Part shown: positions 53,756 through 61,771 of the stretch, piece after piece | How positions within the stretch are numbered: the stretch's first letter is position 1 | How the letters are laid out: the number at the start of each line of letters is the position of its first letter | Origin: Eubacteriales bacterium | Lineage (GTDB): Bacteria; Bacillota; Clostridia; Oscillospirales; SIG627 | NCBI GenBank assembly: GCA_045653035.1 | Contig: JAZOLO010000003.1 | Coordinates: forward strand, 24,514 to 88,513 | Length of the DNA: 64,000 nucleotides | Direction of reading: 5' to 3' | Notes under the pieces: generated by a model | What the model saw: the letters and a program-made list of their open reading frames with translations, nothing else | Databases searched by the model: none | What the model was told of the DNA's origin: nothing | Translations under genes and position numbers: made by a program

Positions 53756-54733
53756 ATGAGTCTTCTAAAGGTTTCTGCTTCCCCTCATATAAGGCATGAG
53801 GATACTGCAAGGGTGCTTATGGGTGACGTTATCATTGCCCTTTTCCCTCTTCTTATATGGGGTACATACATTTTCGGATTGAGAGTACTTACCGTAACGG
53901 CAGTATCTGTAATAAGCTGTGTGCTTTCGGAGTATATATTTAATCTCATAATTAAAAAGCCCTCCCCTGTCGGAGACCTTTCTGCCATTGTCAGCGGTCT
54001 TCTTCTTGCATACAACCTTCCGGCATCCGCTCCCCTTTGGCTTCCTGCTGTTGGCGGTGTTTTTGCAATGGTAGTAGTAAAAGGACTTTTCGGAGGAATA
54101 GGTAAAAACTTCATGAATCCCGTGCTTGCGGCACGTATATTCCTCTTTGCTTCATGGCCCTCTCACATGACGGCTTACAGCGAGGCGCTTCACCGACTTC
54201 CCCTTTTTGGAGAGGTTGACTCTGTTTCATCTGCCACCACTCTCACAATTCTCAAATCAGGTCAGATGACAGATAAGAGTATTTCAGATTTATTTATAGG
54301 CAACATGTCGGGCTGTATCGGTGAGATTTCGGCTCTCCTCATTCTTGTGGGCGGTCTTTATCTTTTAGTGCGCCGTGTTATTACATGGCACATTCCCGTA
54401 TCCTTTATTGCAACGGTAGCATTGCTCGCTTTTCTGTGTGCACCTCCTGCACTTGACAAAATACCCTTCGTGCTTTCTGAGCTTTTTAGCGGAGGTCTTA
54501 TGCTCGGTGCAGTATTCATGGCTACCGACTATGTAACCTCCCCTGTAACTCCGAAAGGAAGAATAATTTACGGTATAGGCTGCGGATTCCTTACTGTATT
54601 TATCAGAATATTCGGCGGATATCCCGAAGGTGTTTCATTTGCTATCGTTATCATGAATCTTTTCGTGTGGTATCTTGACCGCGGCACAAAGCCCACTAAA
54701 TTCGGAGGAGGTAAAAAGCATGCAAAAGCTTAA
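53756..54733 (+). CDS. rnfD: Rnf complex subunit D
   Basis: Polytopic membrane protein. Starts LKVSASPHIRHEDT... and carries the flavin-attachment region ...SSATTL.... Confidence 0.93.
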   Translation: MSLLKVSASPHIRHEDTARVLMGDVIIALFPLLIWGTYIFGLRVLTVTAVSVISCVLSEYIFNLIIKKPSPVGDLSAIVSGLLLAYNLPASAPLWLPAVGGVFAMVVVKGLFGGIGKNFMNPVLAARIFLFASWPSHMTAYSEALHRLPLFGEVDSVSSATTLTILKSGQMTDKSISDLFIGNMSGCIGEISALLILVGGLYLLVRRVITWHIPVSFIATVALLAFLCAPPALDKIPFVLSELFSGGLMLGAVFMATDYVTSPVTPKGRIIYGIGCGFLTVFIRIFGGYPEGVSFAIVIMNLFVWYLDRGTKPTKFGGGKKHAKA

Positions 54734-55277
54734 GTTTTTAAAGCCCGCTCTTCCCTTGACCGTTATCTGTGTGGTTATTGCTTTTATTCTTGCATTCGTC
54801 AATGCTGTAACAGCTGACAAAATTGCACAAAACGTACTCAAGGAAAAGGAAGAGGCTATTCTTAAAATTTTCCCAAAAACCGATTCCTTTGAGGTTGCTG
54901 AGAATGAATTTTATGCTGACTGTGTAAACGATGCGGGTGCAGTAAATGATAAAGACGGAAACATTATTGGCTATTACGCCGACGTTTCTCCCATCGGCTT
55001 TAAGGGAGAAATTTCACTTATTGTAGGCTGTGACCTTGAAGGAAAGGTTATTCGTGCTTTTTGCCTTTCGACCACAGAAACCCCTGCTGTGGGTACAAGA
55101 GCTACAGAGGATGCTTATCTTCAGAAATATACTTCACTTACTGCAAACGAAGCTGAAAAAGTTGATACCATTACAGGAGCTACTATCAGCTCAAAGGCAG
55201 TAAGACATGGTGTTTACGATGCCACACTTACAATTCAAAAGATAATAGAGGAGGGAAAAACCGATGTCGAAGATTAA
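54720..55277 (+). CDS. rnfG: Rnf complex subunit G
   Basis: Single N-terminal TM helix and the FMN-binding motif ...VDTITGATISSKAV.... GGAGGAGG RBS precedes the ATG at 54720. Confidence 0.9.
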   Translation: MQKLKFLKPALPLTVICVVIAFILAFVNAVTADKIAQNVLKEKEEAILKIFPKTDSFEVAENEFYADCVNDAGAVNDKDGNIIGYYADVSPIGFKGEISLIVGCDLEGKVIRAFCLSTTETPAVGTRATEDAYLQKYTSLTANEAEKVDTITGATISSKAVRHGVYDATLTIQKIIEEGKTDVED

Positions 55278-55878
55278 AAAGCTTTTTACCGATGGTCTGT
55301 TTGACAAAAACCCCATCCTCGTTCAGCTTCTCGGTACCTGTGCGACTCTTGCTGTAACAACGTCTGTTTCAAACGGTATTGCCATGGGTCTTTCCACAAC
55401 AGCTGTGCTTATATGCTCAAACGTTTTTATCTCAATCCTTAGAAAATTCATTCCAGGCGAAGTGAGAATTGCATCATATATAGTTGTTATTTCAGGCTTT
55501 GTTACTGCTATAGAGCTTCTTATCAAAGCATTTCTGCCCGAAATAAACAAATCACTCGGCGTGTTTATTCCTCTTATAGTTGTAAACTGCATTATCCTTT
55601 CGAGAGCAGAGTCCTTTGCCTCAAAGAACACTCCTTTTTTTGCTGCACTTGACGGAGTGGCAATGGGAGGCGGATTTACAATGGCCCTTGTAATTGTTTC
55701 AGCAATACGTGAGGTAATAGGCTCAGGCACTCTTCTCGGCATCAAGCTTCTTCCTGCATCTTACCAGCCTGCTCTTATTTTCATTATGTCCGCAGGTGCT
55801 TTCTTTACCCTCGCATTTGTAGTTGCGGCTATGAATAAGATACTTGCAGTTATAAAGAAGAAAAAGGAGGTAAAGTAA
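55264..55878 (+). CDS. rnfE: Rnf complex subunit E
   Basis: Contains ...NPILVQLLGTCATLAVT... and ...FIPLIVVNCIIL.... Confidence 0.93.
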   Translation: MSKIKKLFTDGLFDKNPILVQLLGTCATLAVTTSVSNGIAMGLSTTAVLICSNVFISILRKFIPGEVRIASYIVVISGFVTAIELLIKAFLPEINKSLGVFIPLIVVNCIILSRAESFASKNTPFFAALDGVAMGGGFTMALVIVSAIREVIGSGTLLGIKLLPASYQPALIFIMSAGAFFTLAFVVAAMNKILAVIKKKKEVK

Positions 55879-55879
55879 C

Positions 55880-56458
55880 ATGAAAGAAATACTTCTAATC
55901 GCCTTTGCGGCAATAATCACCGAAAACTTTATCTTCTCACGATTTCTCGGTATATGCCCTTTCCTCGGAGTTTCCGAGAAGCCCTCAACGGCCACAGGTA
56001 TGGGTCTTGCAGTAATGTTCGTTATGACCGTTTCATCGGCACTTACCTGGCTTGTTTACGAGTACATACTCGTTCCTTCAGGGCTTGAATACATTAAAAC
56101 CATTGCGTTCATTCTCATTATTGCGGCACTTGTCCAGATAATTGAGATGTTCCTCAAAAAATTTATCCCTGCCCTTTATCAGGCACTGGGAATTTATCTT
56201 CCTCTCATTACTACAAACTGTGCGGTTCTCGGTGCTGCACTTCTCAACGTGCAAAACGGATTCAGCTTTTTAGAGTCTGTTGTTTTCGGTCTGTCTGCGG
56301 CAATAGGCTTCACAGTTGCCCTTCTCATTTTCGCAGGTGTCCGTGAAAGGCTGAGATTTTCAACCCCTCCTGCCGCCTTCAAGGGAATACCAATTCTTCT
56401 TGTATCAGCAGGACTTATAGCGATGGCTTTTTCAGGCTTTGCAGGAATAACCCTATAA
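55880..56458 (+). CDS. rnfA: Rnf complex subunit A
   Basis: Contains ...ENFIFSRFLGICPFLGVS... and ...YLPLITTNCAVLG.... Confidence 0.93.
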   Translation: MKEILLIAFAAIITENFIFSRFLGICPFLGVSEKPSTATGMGLAVMFVMTVSSALTWLVYEYILVPSGLEYIKTIAFILIIAALVQIIEMFLKKFIPALYQALGIYLPLITTNCAVLGAALLNVQNGFSFLESVVFGLSAAIGFTVALLIFAGVRERLRFSTPPAAFKGIPILLVSAGLIAMAFSGFAGITL

Positions 56459-56470
56459 GGAGTGTGAAAA

Positions 56471-57295
56471 ATGAGTGAATACATAATAAATATACTTCTT
56501 GCGGTAGTATGGTTTCTTGTAATAGGCAGTGCTCTTGGCATAGCACTTGCCCTTGCCGCAAAGTTCATGAAAGTAAAAGAAGACCCCAGAATACAAGAAA
56601 TAGCCGATAATCTTCCTCAGGCAAATTGTGGAGGCTGCGGTTATGCTGGATGCGGGGCATTTGCAACAGCGGTAGCAAGTGGTGAAGTAAGCCCTACAAA
56701 GTGTGCGGTAGCATCAAAGGAAGCTATTTCAAAGATAGCAGCTATAATGGGCATTCAACCAGAAACACAGGTAAGAATGCGTGCACAGGTAATGTGCAGC
56801 GGAACTCGCGATCACGCTAAGCTCAAATACGAGTATGAGGGCATACAAGACTGCATATCAGCAGTAAGACTTGCAGGCGGAAACAAGCTTTGTCCAAATG
56901 GCTGTATGGGATTTGGAAGCTGTGTTGAGGCTTGTAAATTCGATGCAATAAAAATCATAAACGGCACAGCGGCGGTAGACTACACAAAGTGCCAGGCCTG
57001 CGGTGCATGTGTTTCAGCTTGTCCCAAGGGACTTATTTCTCTTATTCCTTTTGAAGCAAAATATTGGGTTGGTTGTAAGTGTACCGAAAAAGGCGCTTCC
57101 ACAAAAACCTGGTGCGACGTAGGATGTATCGGCTGTAAAATATGTGAAAAGAACTGTGAAAGCGGTGCAATCAAAGTAGAGAACAATCTTGCAAGAATTG
57201 ACTATTCTCTTTGTAACTCATGTGGTAAGTGCTTTGAGGTTTGTCCTAGACACATTATATGGTCTTCTGAAGTGCACCCTGCACAAAGCATATAA
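56471..57295 (+). CDS. rnfB: Rnf complex subunit B
   Basis: N-terminal TM helix, the motif CGGCGYAGCGAFA, and several ferredoxin-type CxxCxxCxxxCP motifs. Confidence 0.93.
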   Translation: MSEYIINILLAVVWFLVIGSALGIALALAAKFMKVKEDPRIQEIADNLPQANCGGCGYAGCGAFATAVASGEVSPTKCAVASKEAISKIAAIMGIQPETQVRMRAQVMCSGTRDHAKLKYEYEGIQDCISAVRLAGGNKLCPNGCMGFGSCVEACKFDAIKIINGTAAVDYTKCQACGACVSACPKGLISLIPFEAKYWVGCKCTEKGASTKTWCDVGCIGCKICEKNCESGAIKVENNLARIDYSLCNSCGKCFEVCPRHIIWSSEVHPAQSI

Positions 57296-57352
57296 AAAAC
57301 TATAGACAATTTTGAGAATAAGTGTTAAAATATGTTATACGCTGTTCTCACC

Positions 57353-57384
57353 AAAAAAGTCGGGAGAATATCTCCCGACTTTTT
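57353..57384 (+). terminator. Intrinsic terminator A6-GTCGGGAGA-AAT-TCTCCCGAC-T5 after rnfB
   Basis: 9-bp perfect stem with a T-run. Confidence 0.8.
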
Positions 57385-57388
57385 GAAT

Positions 57389-57420
57389 AAAATGGGGAGA
57401 GTGACCTCTCCCCATTTTAT
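57389..57420 (-). terminator. Intrinsic terminator ATGGGGAGAG-TGAC-CTCTCCCCAT after spoVG
   Basis: 10-bp perfect stem. The minus-strand tail is TTTATTC. Confidence 0.75.
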
Positions 57421-57423
57421 CAG

Positions 57424-57711
57424 TTATTCTTCTGTCGTTTCGGCATTTTTTACATTTGCCAACTCTTCTCTGTAAGCAGCAAGAACAGCTTCCTCGATCT
57501 CTGTTCTAAATTCCGCGTTGATAGGATGTGCAATGTCGCGGTAAGTTCCATCAGAATTCTTGCGACTTGGCATTACAATGAAATATCTGTCATTAGCGTA
57601 AATCACCTTGATGTCGTGTACTGCCAGTTGAGCGTCGAAAGTAAGCGATACTACCGCCTTAAGAGGACCCTCATCGAACGTCTTTCTGATTTTGATGTCT
57701 GTGATCTTCAT
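57424..57711 (-). CDS. spoVG: Septation/RNA-binding regulator SpoVG
   Basis: Reads MKITDIKIRKTFDEGPLKAVVSLTFDAQLAVHDIKVI...FIVMPSRK..DGTYRDIAHPIN. AAGGAG RBS precedes the ATG at 57711. Confidence 0.93.
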   Translation of the reverse strand: MKITDIKIRKTFDEGPLKAVVSLTFDAQLAVHDIKVIYANDRYFIVMPSRKNSDGTYRDIAHPINAEFRTEIEEAVLAAYREELANVKNAETTEE

Positions 57712-57807
57712 AATACTTTGGCTCCTTTTCTGTTTGTACATTTTAAATAATTTTTTACCAAAATAAAATAATTATATATTCAATATTACCACACGAAAGG
57801 CGTAAAG

Positions 57808-59163
57808 ATGTTAACAAAGTGTAAATTTTTATATAACAAATATATAAATAACAAAATTTGTCTGATACTGGGCATCGGCGGAGTAAGCATGTCTTCCATT
57901 GCTTTGATGTTAAAAAACATGGGATATTTTGTAAAAGGATACGATGCAAAAAAAGGTCAGTACACCTCTCTTGTAGAAAATGCCGGAATAGAGGTTTGTT
58001 ACGGCGACGAGATGCCAAGCCTTGAAAACGTTGGAGCTGTAGTATACACCGCCGCAATAAAAGAGGACTTCCCTCTCCTTGCTCGTGCGAGAAGCGAGGG
58101 AATACATACAGTTGTAAGAGCACCTTTTCTAGGTGAGCTTATGAAGTGCTACGAGAACAGAATAGGCATTTCAGGCACTCACGGTAAATCCACCACATCG
58201 GGCATGATTTCAGAAATTTTTCTTGATGCAGGACTTGACCCTACCATTATGATAGGTGCAGACCTTCCCTCGATAAACGGAGGATTTCGTATGGGACAGG
58301 GTGATACCTTTGTTTTCGAGGCGTGTGAGTACAAAGACTCATTTCTCTCCTTCACACCCACAGTTTCGGTAGTTCTTAACGTTGAGCTTGACCATACCGA
58401 TTACTTCAAGAGTCTTGACCAGATGAAGGACTCTTATTCAAAATTTATGAATATTTCACAAAGAGCGATAGTTTGTGCGGACAGCGAAAATGCCCTTTCG
58501 GCAGCAAGTAAAATGAATGGGGACGTTATCCCCTATTCGGTATCAGGCAAGGGCAAAGTGAACGCCGAGAACGTAAAACTCGTTCATGGCTTTGCTGAAT
58601 TTGACGTGACAGTTGACGGGGAATTCTTTATACATGTAAAGCTTTCTGTACCTGGAATCTTTCAGGTGTCAAATGCACTTGCCTCAATAGCTGTATCACG
58701 TCTTATGGGCATTGATGCCGAAAGTATAGCAAAGGGACTTCAAAACTTCAAGGGAGTAGGCAGACGATTTCAGTACAGAAAGAACCTTAACGGTGCAGAC
58801 GTTTACGACGACTATGCACATCATCCAGACGAAATAAAAGCAACTATAGAAACAGCAAGAACTCTTGAAAAAGACCGCGTTATCGTAGTATATCAGCCTC
58901 ATACATACTCTAGAACGCACGACCTTTTAGAGGATTTTGCAAAGAGCTTCGCGAGCTGTGACGAGGTTATTTTTGCCGACATATATGCGGCAAGAGAAAA
59001 GAATACATACGGCATTTCTTCAAAGGATTTAGCAGACAGGATTCCTCACTCCAAATATCTTGGTGACTTTGAAAAAATCGAGAAATACATACGCGACACA
59101 GTAAAAGAAAACGACCTTGTACACATAATGGGAGCAGGAAATATTATTGATATAAAAATATAA
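57808..59163 (+). CDS. murC: UDP-N-acetylmuramate--L-alanine ligase
   Basis: Contains ...ILGIGGVSMSSIALML... and ...ISGTHGKSTTSGM.... Mur ligase central and C-terminal domains present. Confidence 0.9.
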   Translation: MLTKCKFLYNKYINNKICLILGIGGVSMSSIALMLKNMGYFVKGYDAKKGQYTSLVENAGIEVCYGDEMPSLENVGAVVYTAAIKEDFPLLARARSEGIHTVVRAPFLGELMKCYENRIGISGTHGKSTTSGMISEIFLDAGLDPTIMIGADLPSINGGFRMGQGDTFVFEACEYKDSFLSFTPTVSVVLNVELDHTDYFKSLDQMKDSYSKFMNISQRAIVCADSENALSAASKMNGDVIPYSVSGKGKVNAENVKLVHGFAEFDVTVDGEFFIHVKLSVPGIFQVSNALASIAVSRLMGIDAESIAKGLQNFKGVGRRFQYRKNLNGADVYDDYAHHPDEIKATIETARTLEKDRVIVVYQPHTYSRTHDLLEDFAKSFASCDEVIFADIYAAREKNTYGISSKDLADRIPHSKYLGDFEKIEKYIRDTVKENDLVHIMGAGNIIDIKI

Positions 59164-59186
59164 ACTATAATTTGTGAAAAACGCTG

Positions 59187-59215
59187 TTGATTTCATGAAT
59201 TCAATATGTTATAAT
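59187..59215 (+). promoter_or_regulatory. Sigma-A promoter TTGATT-17-TGtTATAAT for ychF
   Basis: TTGATT at 59187-59192 and TATAAT at 59210-59215, with an extended -10 TG. Confidence 0.6.
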
Positions 59216-59268
59216 ACCATTTGTTATACATTAGAATACTTTTTGAAAATTAAGGAGATTTAAAATAT

Positions 59269-60372
59269 ATGAAACTTGGTATAGTAGGACTTCCAAACGT
59301 TGGTAAATCCACTCTTTTTAACGCTATAACAGGTGCGGGAGCAGAAGCGGCAAATTACCCCTTCTGTACTATTGACCCTAACGTTGGTGTAGTAACAGTG
59401 CCCGACGAAAGACTTGACGTGCTTGCAAAGATGTATTCACCCGAAAAGATAACAAAGGCGATAATAGAATTCGTTGATATTGCAGGACTTGTTAAAGGGG
59501 CTGCTGCAGGTGAAGGACTTGGAAACAAGTTTTTATCACACATTCGTGAGGTAGATGCTATTGTTCACGTAGTGCGTTGCTTTGAAAACGACGACGTAGT
59601 TCACGTAAATTCAAAAATCGACCCTCTTGATGACATCAGTACCATAAACACCGAGCTTATCCTTTCAGATATAGAAATTCTTGAAAGAAGAATAGACAGA
59701 GCCACAAAGGCACTCAAGGGTGACAAGAGCGTTCAGGTGGAGCTTGATTTTCTTAATAAATTAAAAGCTCATCTTGACGGTGGTGAAAGTGCAAGAAGCC
59801 TTGAAAGAACAGAAGACGAGGAAAAGTTCATGTCAGACATTCCCCTCCTTTCGGCAAAGCCTGTAATATATGCGGCAAACATCGGTGAAAACGACATTCC
59901 TGACATGGATGACCTTGAAAATAAGAATGAACACTTCAAGACGGTAGCTGATTTTGCAAGAAGTGAAAATTCGGGTGTTCTCCCCATTTGTGCTAATATC
60001 GAGGCGGAGATTGCCGAGCTTGACGATGATGAAAAGGCAATGTTCCTTGAAGACCTTGGACTCAAAACGTCAGGACTTGACAGACTTATAAAGGAAAGCT
60101 ATTCACTTCTCGGTCTTATCAGCTTCCTCACGGCAGGTGAGCCTGAAGTTCGTGCATGGACTATTAAGAAGGGTACTAAAGCACCTCAGGCGGCAGGTAA
60201 GATACACTCGGATATCGAAAGAGGATTTATCAGAGCAGAAATCATTTCATTCGAGGACCTTGTTTTAACAGGCTCGTTGGCTTCGGCAAAGGATAAAGGA
60301 CTTGTAAGAAGCGAAGGTAAGGACTATGTTATGAAGGACGGAGACGTTACTCTTTTCAGATTTAACGTATAA
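59269..60372 (+). CDS. ychF: Redox-regulated ATPase YchF
   Basis: Starts MKLGIVGLPNVGKSTLFNAIT...ANYPFCTIDPNVG.... C-terminal TGS-like domain ...RAWTIKKGTKAPQAAGKIHSDIERGFIRAE.... Confidence 0.95.
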   Translation: MKLGIVGLPNVGKSTLFNAITGAGAEAANYPFCTIDPNVGVVTVPDERLDVLAKMYSPEKITKAIIEFVDIAGLVKGAAAGEGLGNKFLSHIREVDAIVHVVRCFENDDVVHVNSKIDPLDDISTINTELILSDIEILERRIDRATKALKGDKSVQVELDFLNKLKAHLDGGESARSLERTEDEEKFMSDIPLLSAKPVIYAANIGENDIPDMDDLENKNEHFKTVADFARSENSGVLPICANIEAEIAELDDDEKAMFLEDLGLKTSGLDRLIKESYSLLGLISFLTAGEPEVRAWTIKKGTKAPQAAGKIHSDIERGFIRAEIISFEDLVLTGSLASAKDKGLVRSEGKDYVMKDGDVTLFRFNV

Positions 60373-60404
60373 AAAACAAATATTATCTCATAGCCTATTG
60401 GTAT

Positions 60405-60439
60405 AAAAAACGTTGAAGGTCAAAGCCTTCAACGTTTTT
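60405..60439. terminator. Bidirectional terminator A6-CGTTGAAGG-N6-CCTTCAACG-T5
   Basis: 9-bp perfect stem between the convergent ychF and SLOG-like genes. Confidence 0.8.
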
Positions 60440-60884
60440 ATATATTCCATTCTCCATATATATCAATCATATCAACTGCACTCTTTTTCATTGCTTTCGC
60501 CATAGCATAAGCTCTGAATGCATTTGTGGGTGACCCGTTTCTTATGAAGTAACAAAAGGCAGTGCTACTTTCCTTCGCCATATACTCGTTTCTAAGTATT
60601 TTTGCATAAGAGGAAAATACTCCCTCCAAAGGTAGTGTTATCACCTCGTCATAAAGGCTTTCATCATATTTGTCACCCTCCAATGGATACAATACCACTT
60701 TTATCAGAGGATAAACTCTTTTCGCTTTTTGCAAAAACTTTGCTATAATAACGTCATTTTTTCCGTCGCACGTTACGAGGAATTCGGTAAGTCCGCATTC
60801 AAAAAATACAGCTGCACTCTTTATCAAAAGCTTTTCCATTGTTTTAGCATCACAGCATTCATCGACAAAAAAAGATGCTATCAT
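60438..60884 (-). CDS. Hypothetical protein (148 aa), tentatively SLOG/DUF1273 (YpsA-like) fold
   Basis: By eye the pattern ...ECGLTEFLVTCDGKNDVIIAKFLQKAKRVYPLIKVVLYPLEG...YDEV...RNEYM...S...FCYF...G.T... parallels YpsA-type proteins. The usual Gly-rich loop is absent. GGGGAG RBS present. Confidence 0.35.
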   Translation of the reverse strand: MIASFFVDECCDAKTMEKLLIKSAAVFFECGLTEFLVTCDGKNDVIIAKFLQKAKRVYPLIKVVLYPLEGDKYDESLYDEVITLPLEGVFSSYAKILRNEYMAKESSTAFCYFIRNGSPTNAFRAYAMAKAMKKSAVDMIDIYGEWNI

Positions 60885-60900
60885 AAATTTCTCCCCACAA

Positions 60901-60938
60901 AAATAAAAAGTGCGTACCTCCGAAAAGAGATACGCACT
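60901..60938 (-). terminator. Strong minus-strand intrinsic terminator AGUGCGUAUCUC-UUUUCG-GAGGUACGCACU + UUUUUAUUU located ~15 nt upstream of the RBS of the 60438-60884 gene
   Basis: 12-bp stem (one G-U, on the minus strand only) with a U-rich tail. Only ~20 nt separate it from the start codon. Confidence 0.65.
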
Positions 60939-60966
60939 AAAAAACGTTTCTACTCTTTCTCAAAAG

Positions 60967-61115
60967 GTTGCTAAAACTTTTTAATACACCTTATTAAGCT
61001 AATAAAAACAAAACAAAGCATACGAGCAAGAGCAAACGCTTTTTACATAGCGTTCGCTTGTTTTGTTTTTATTATTAAAAAAATAAAGTATATTTTATTA
61101 AAAAGTTTTAGCAAT
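60967..61115. mobile_element. 149-bp MITE-like nested palindrome with 19-bp perfect terminal inverted repeats and AAAAG/AAAAG flanking direct repeats
   Basis: The TIR TTGCTAAAACTTTTTAATA (60968-60986) pairs with TATTAAAAAGTTTTAGCAA (61096-61114). The inner 16-bp IR is AATAAAAACAAAACAA (61001-61016) / TTGTTTTGTTTTTATT (61058-61073). The innermost pair is AACGCT/AGCGTT. The flanks are AAAAG at 60962-60966 and 61116-61120. Confidence 0.5.
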
Positions 61116-61167
61116 AAAAGTATAACACAATAATGGTAAAATTACAAGTTTTATTTACCATATTCGC

Positions 61168-61194
61168 GTTATGACATTCTATGAATGTCATAAC
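61168..61194. promoter_or_regulatory. Perfect 12-bp inverted repeat GTTATGACATTC-TAT-GAATGTCATAAC upstream of the XRE gene; candidate autoregulatory operator
   Basis: Seen directly. A TATAAT lies at 61211-61216, placing the IR over the -35 region. Confidence 0.55.
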
Positions 61195-61258
61195 ACTAAG
61201 AATTATAGCATATAATTTCATTGTTGACAAGCACAAAATGTCAAAAAGAGGAAATTTT

Positions 61259-61498
61259 ATGTTTATAAACAAAACTTGTGATGGATTGAATAATATTTGT
61301 GGCAAAAATATTGCTAAGTTTCGCATGAAGCTAGGAATTTCTCAAAGAGAACTCGCCGACAAAATGCAACTTGTAGGAATTGATATTGATAAAAATGCTA
61401 TCCAACGAATTGAATGTGGGAAACGGTTTGTCACCGATATTGAAGTAATTGCATTTGCTAAAGTATTTAATATAACTTTTGAAGAGCTCTTAATTTAA
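61259..61498 (+). CDS. XRE-family helix-turn-helix transcriptional regulator (79 aa)
   Basis: HTH segment NIAKFRMKLGISQRELADKMQLVGIDIDKNAIQRIECGKR. AGAGGA RBS precedes the ATG at 61259; the track start at 61181 is an over-extension. Confidence 0.85.
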   Translation: MFINKTCDGLNNICGKNIAKFRMKLGISQRELADKMQLVGIDIDKNAIQRIECGKRFVTDIEVIAFAKVFNITFEELLI

Positions 61499-61523
61499 TC
61501 TGGTAAATAGTTTTTAGTAAAAT

Positions 61524-61570
61524 AAATCTCTTTGTCTATAGCTTTTTGACTATAGGTGAGGAGATTTTTT
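61524..61570 (+). terminator. Intrinsic terminator AAATCTC...CTATAG-N8-CTATAG...GAGATTT + T7 after the XRE gene
   Basis: Two-tier stem followed by TTTTTTTATTT. Confidence 0.65.
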
Positions 61571-61678
61571 TATTTATACCATATCACGGTTTTACTTTAT
61601 TTCATTATTTATAATACAAAGTTTTTTCTATTCATAATATGTTTACAATAAAAATATAGAAAAACTTTCAAAAGACTA

Positions 61679-61707
61679 TTGACTTTTTTTGTAATCGGTG
61701 GTAAATT
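61679..61707 (+). promoter_or_regulatory. Sigma-A promoter TTGACT-17-TAAATT for hrcA-grpE-dnaK
   Basis: TTGACT at 61679-61684 and TAAATT at 61702-61707. Confidence 0.65.
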
Positions 61708-61718
61708 TATAACGTAAG

Positions 61719-61745
61719 TTAGCACTTGGTGCAAGAGAGTGCTAA
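61719..61745 (+). promoter_or_regulatory. CIRCE operator TTAGCACTT-N9-GAGTGCTAA (HrcA binding site)
   Basis: Matches the CIRCE consensus TTAGCACTC-N9-GAGTGCTAA with one mismatch. It lies between the promoter and hrcA. Confidence 0.92.
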
Positions 61746-61771
61746 ATCCAACAAAGAAAGACGGTGAAGCG

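Noticed and set aside
57755-58123. 122-aa minus-strand ORF overlapping the murC 5' end
   Set aside because: It is antisense to murC, with no RBS and implausible Leu/Arg/Cys-rich composition.
61108-61326. 72-aa minus-strand ORF across the XRE promoter/operator
   Set aside because: It overlaps the XRE start and the operator dyad, has no RBS, and has AT-rich random composition.
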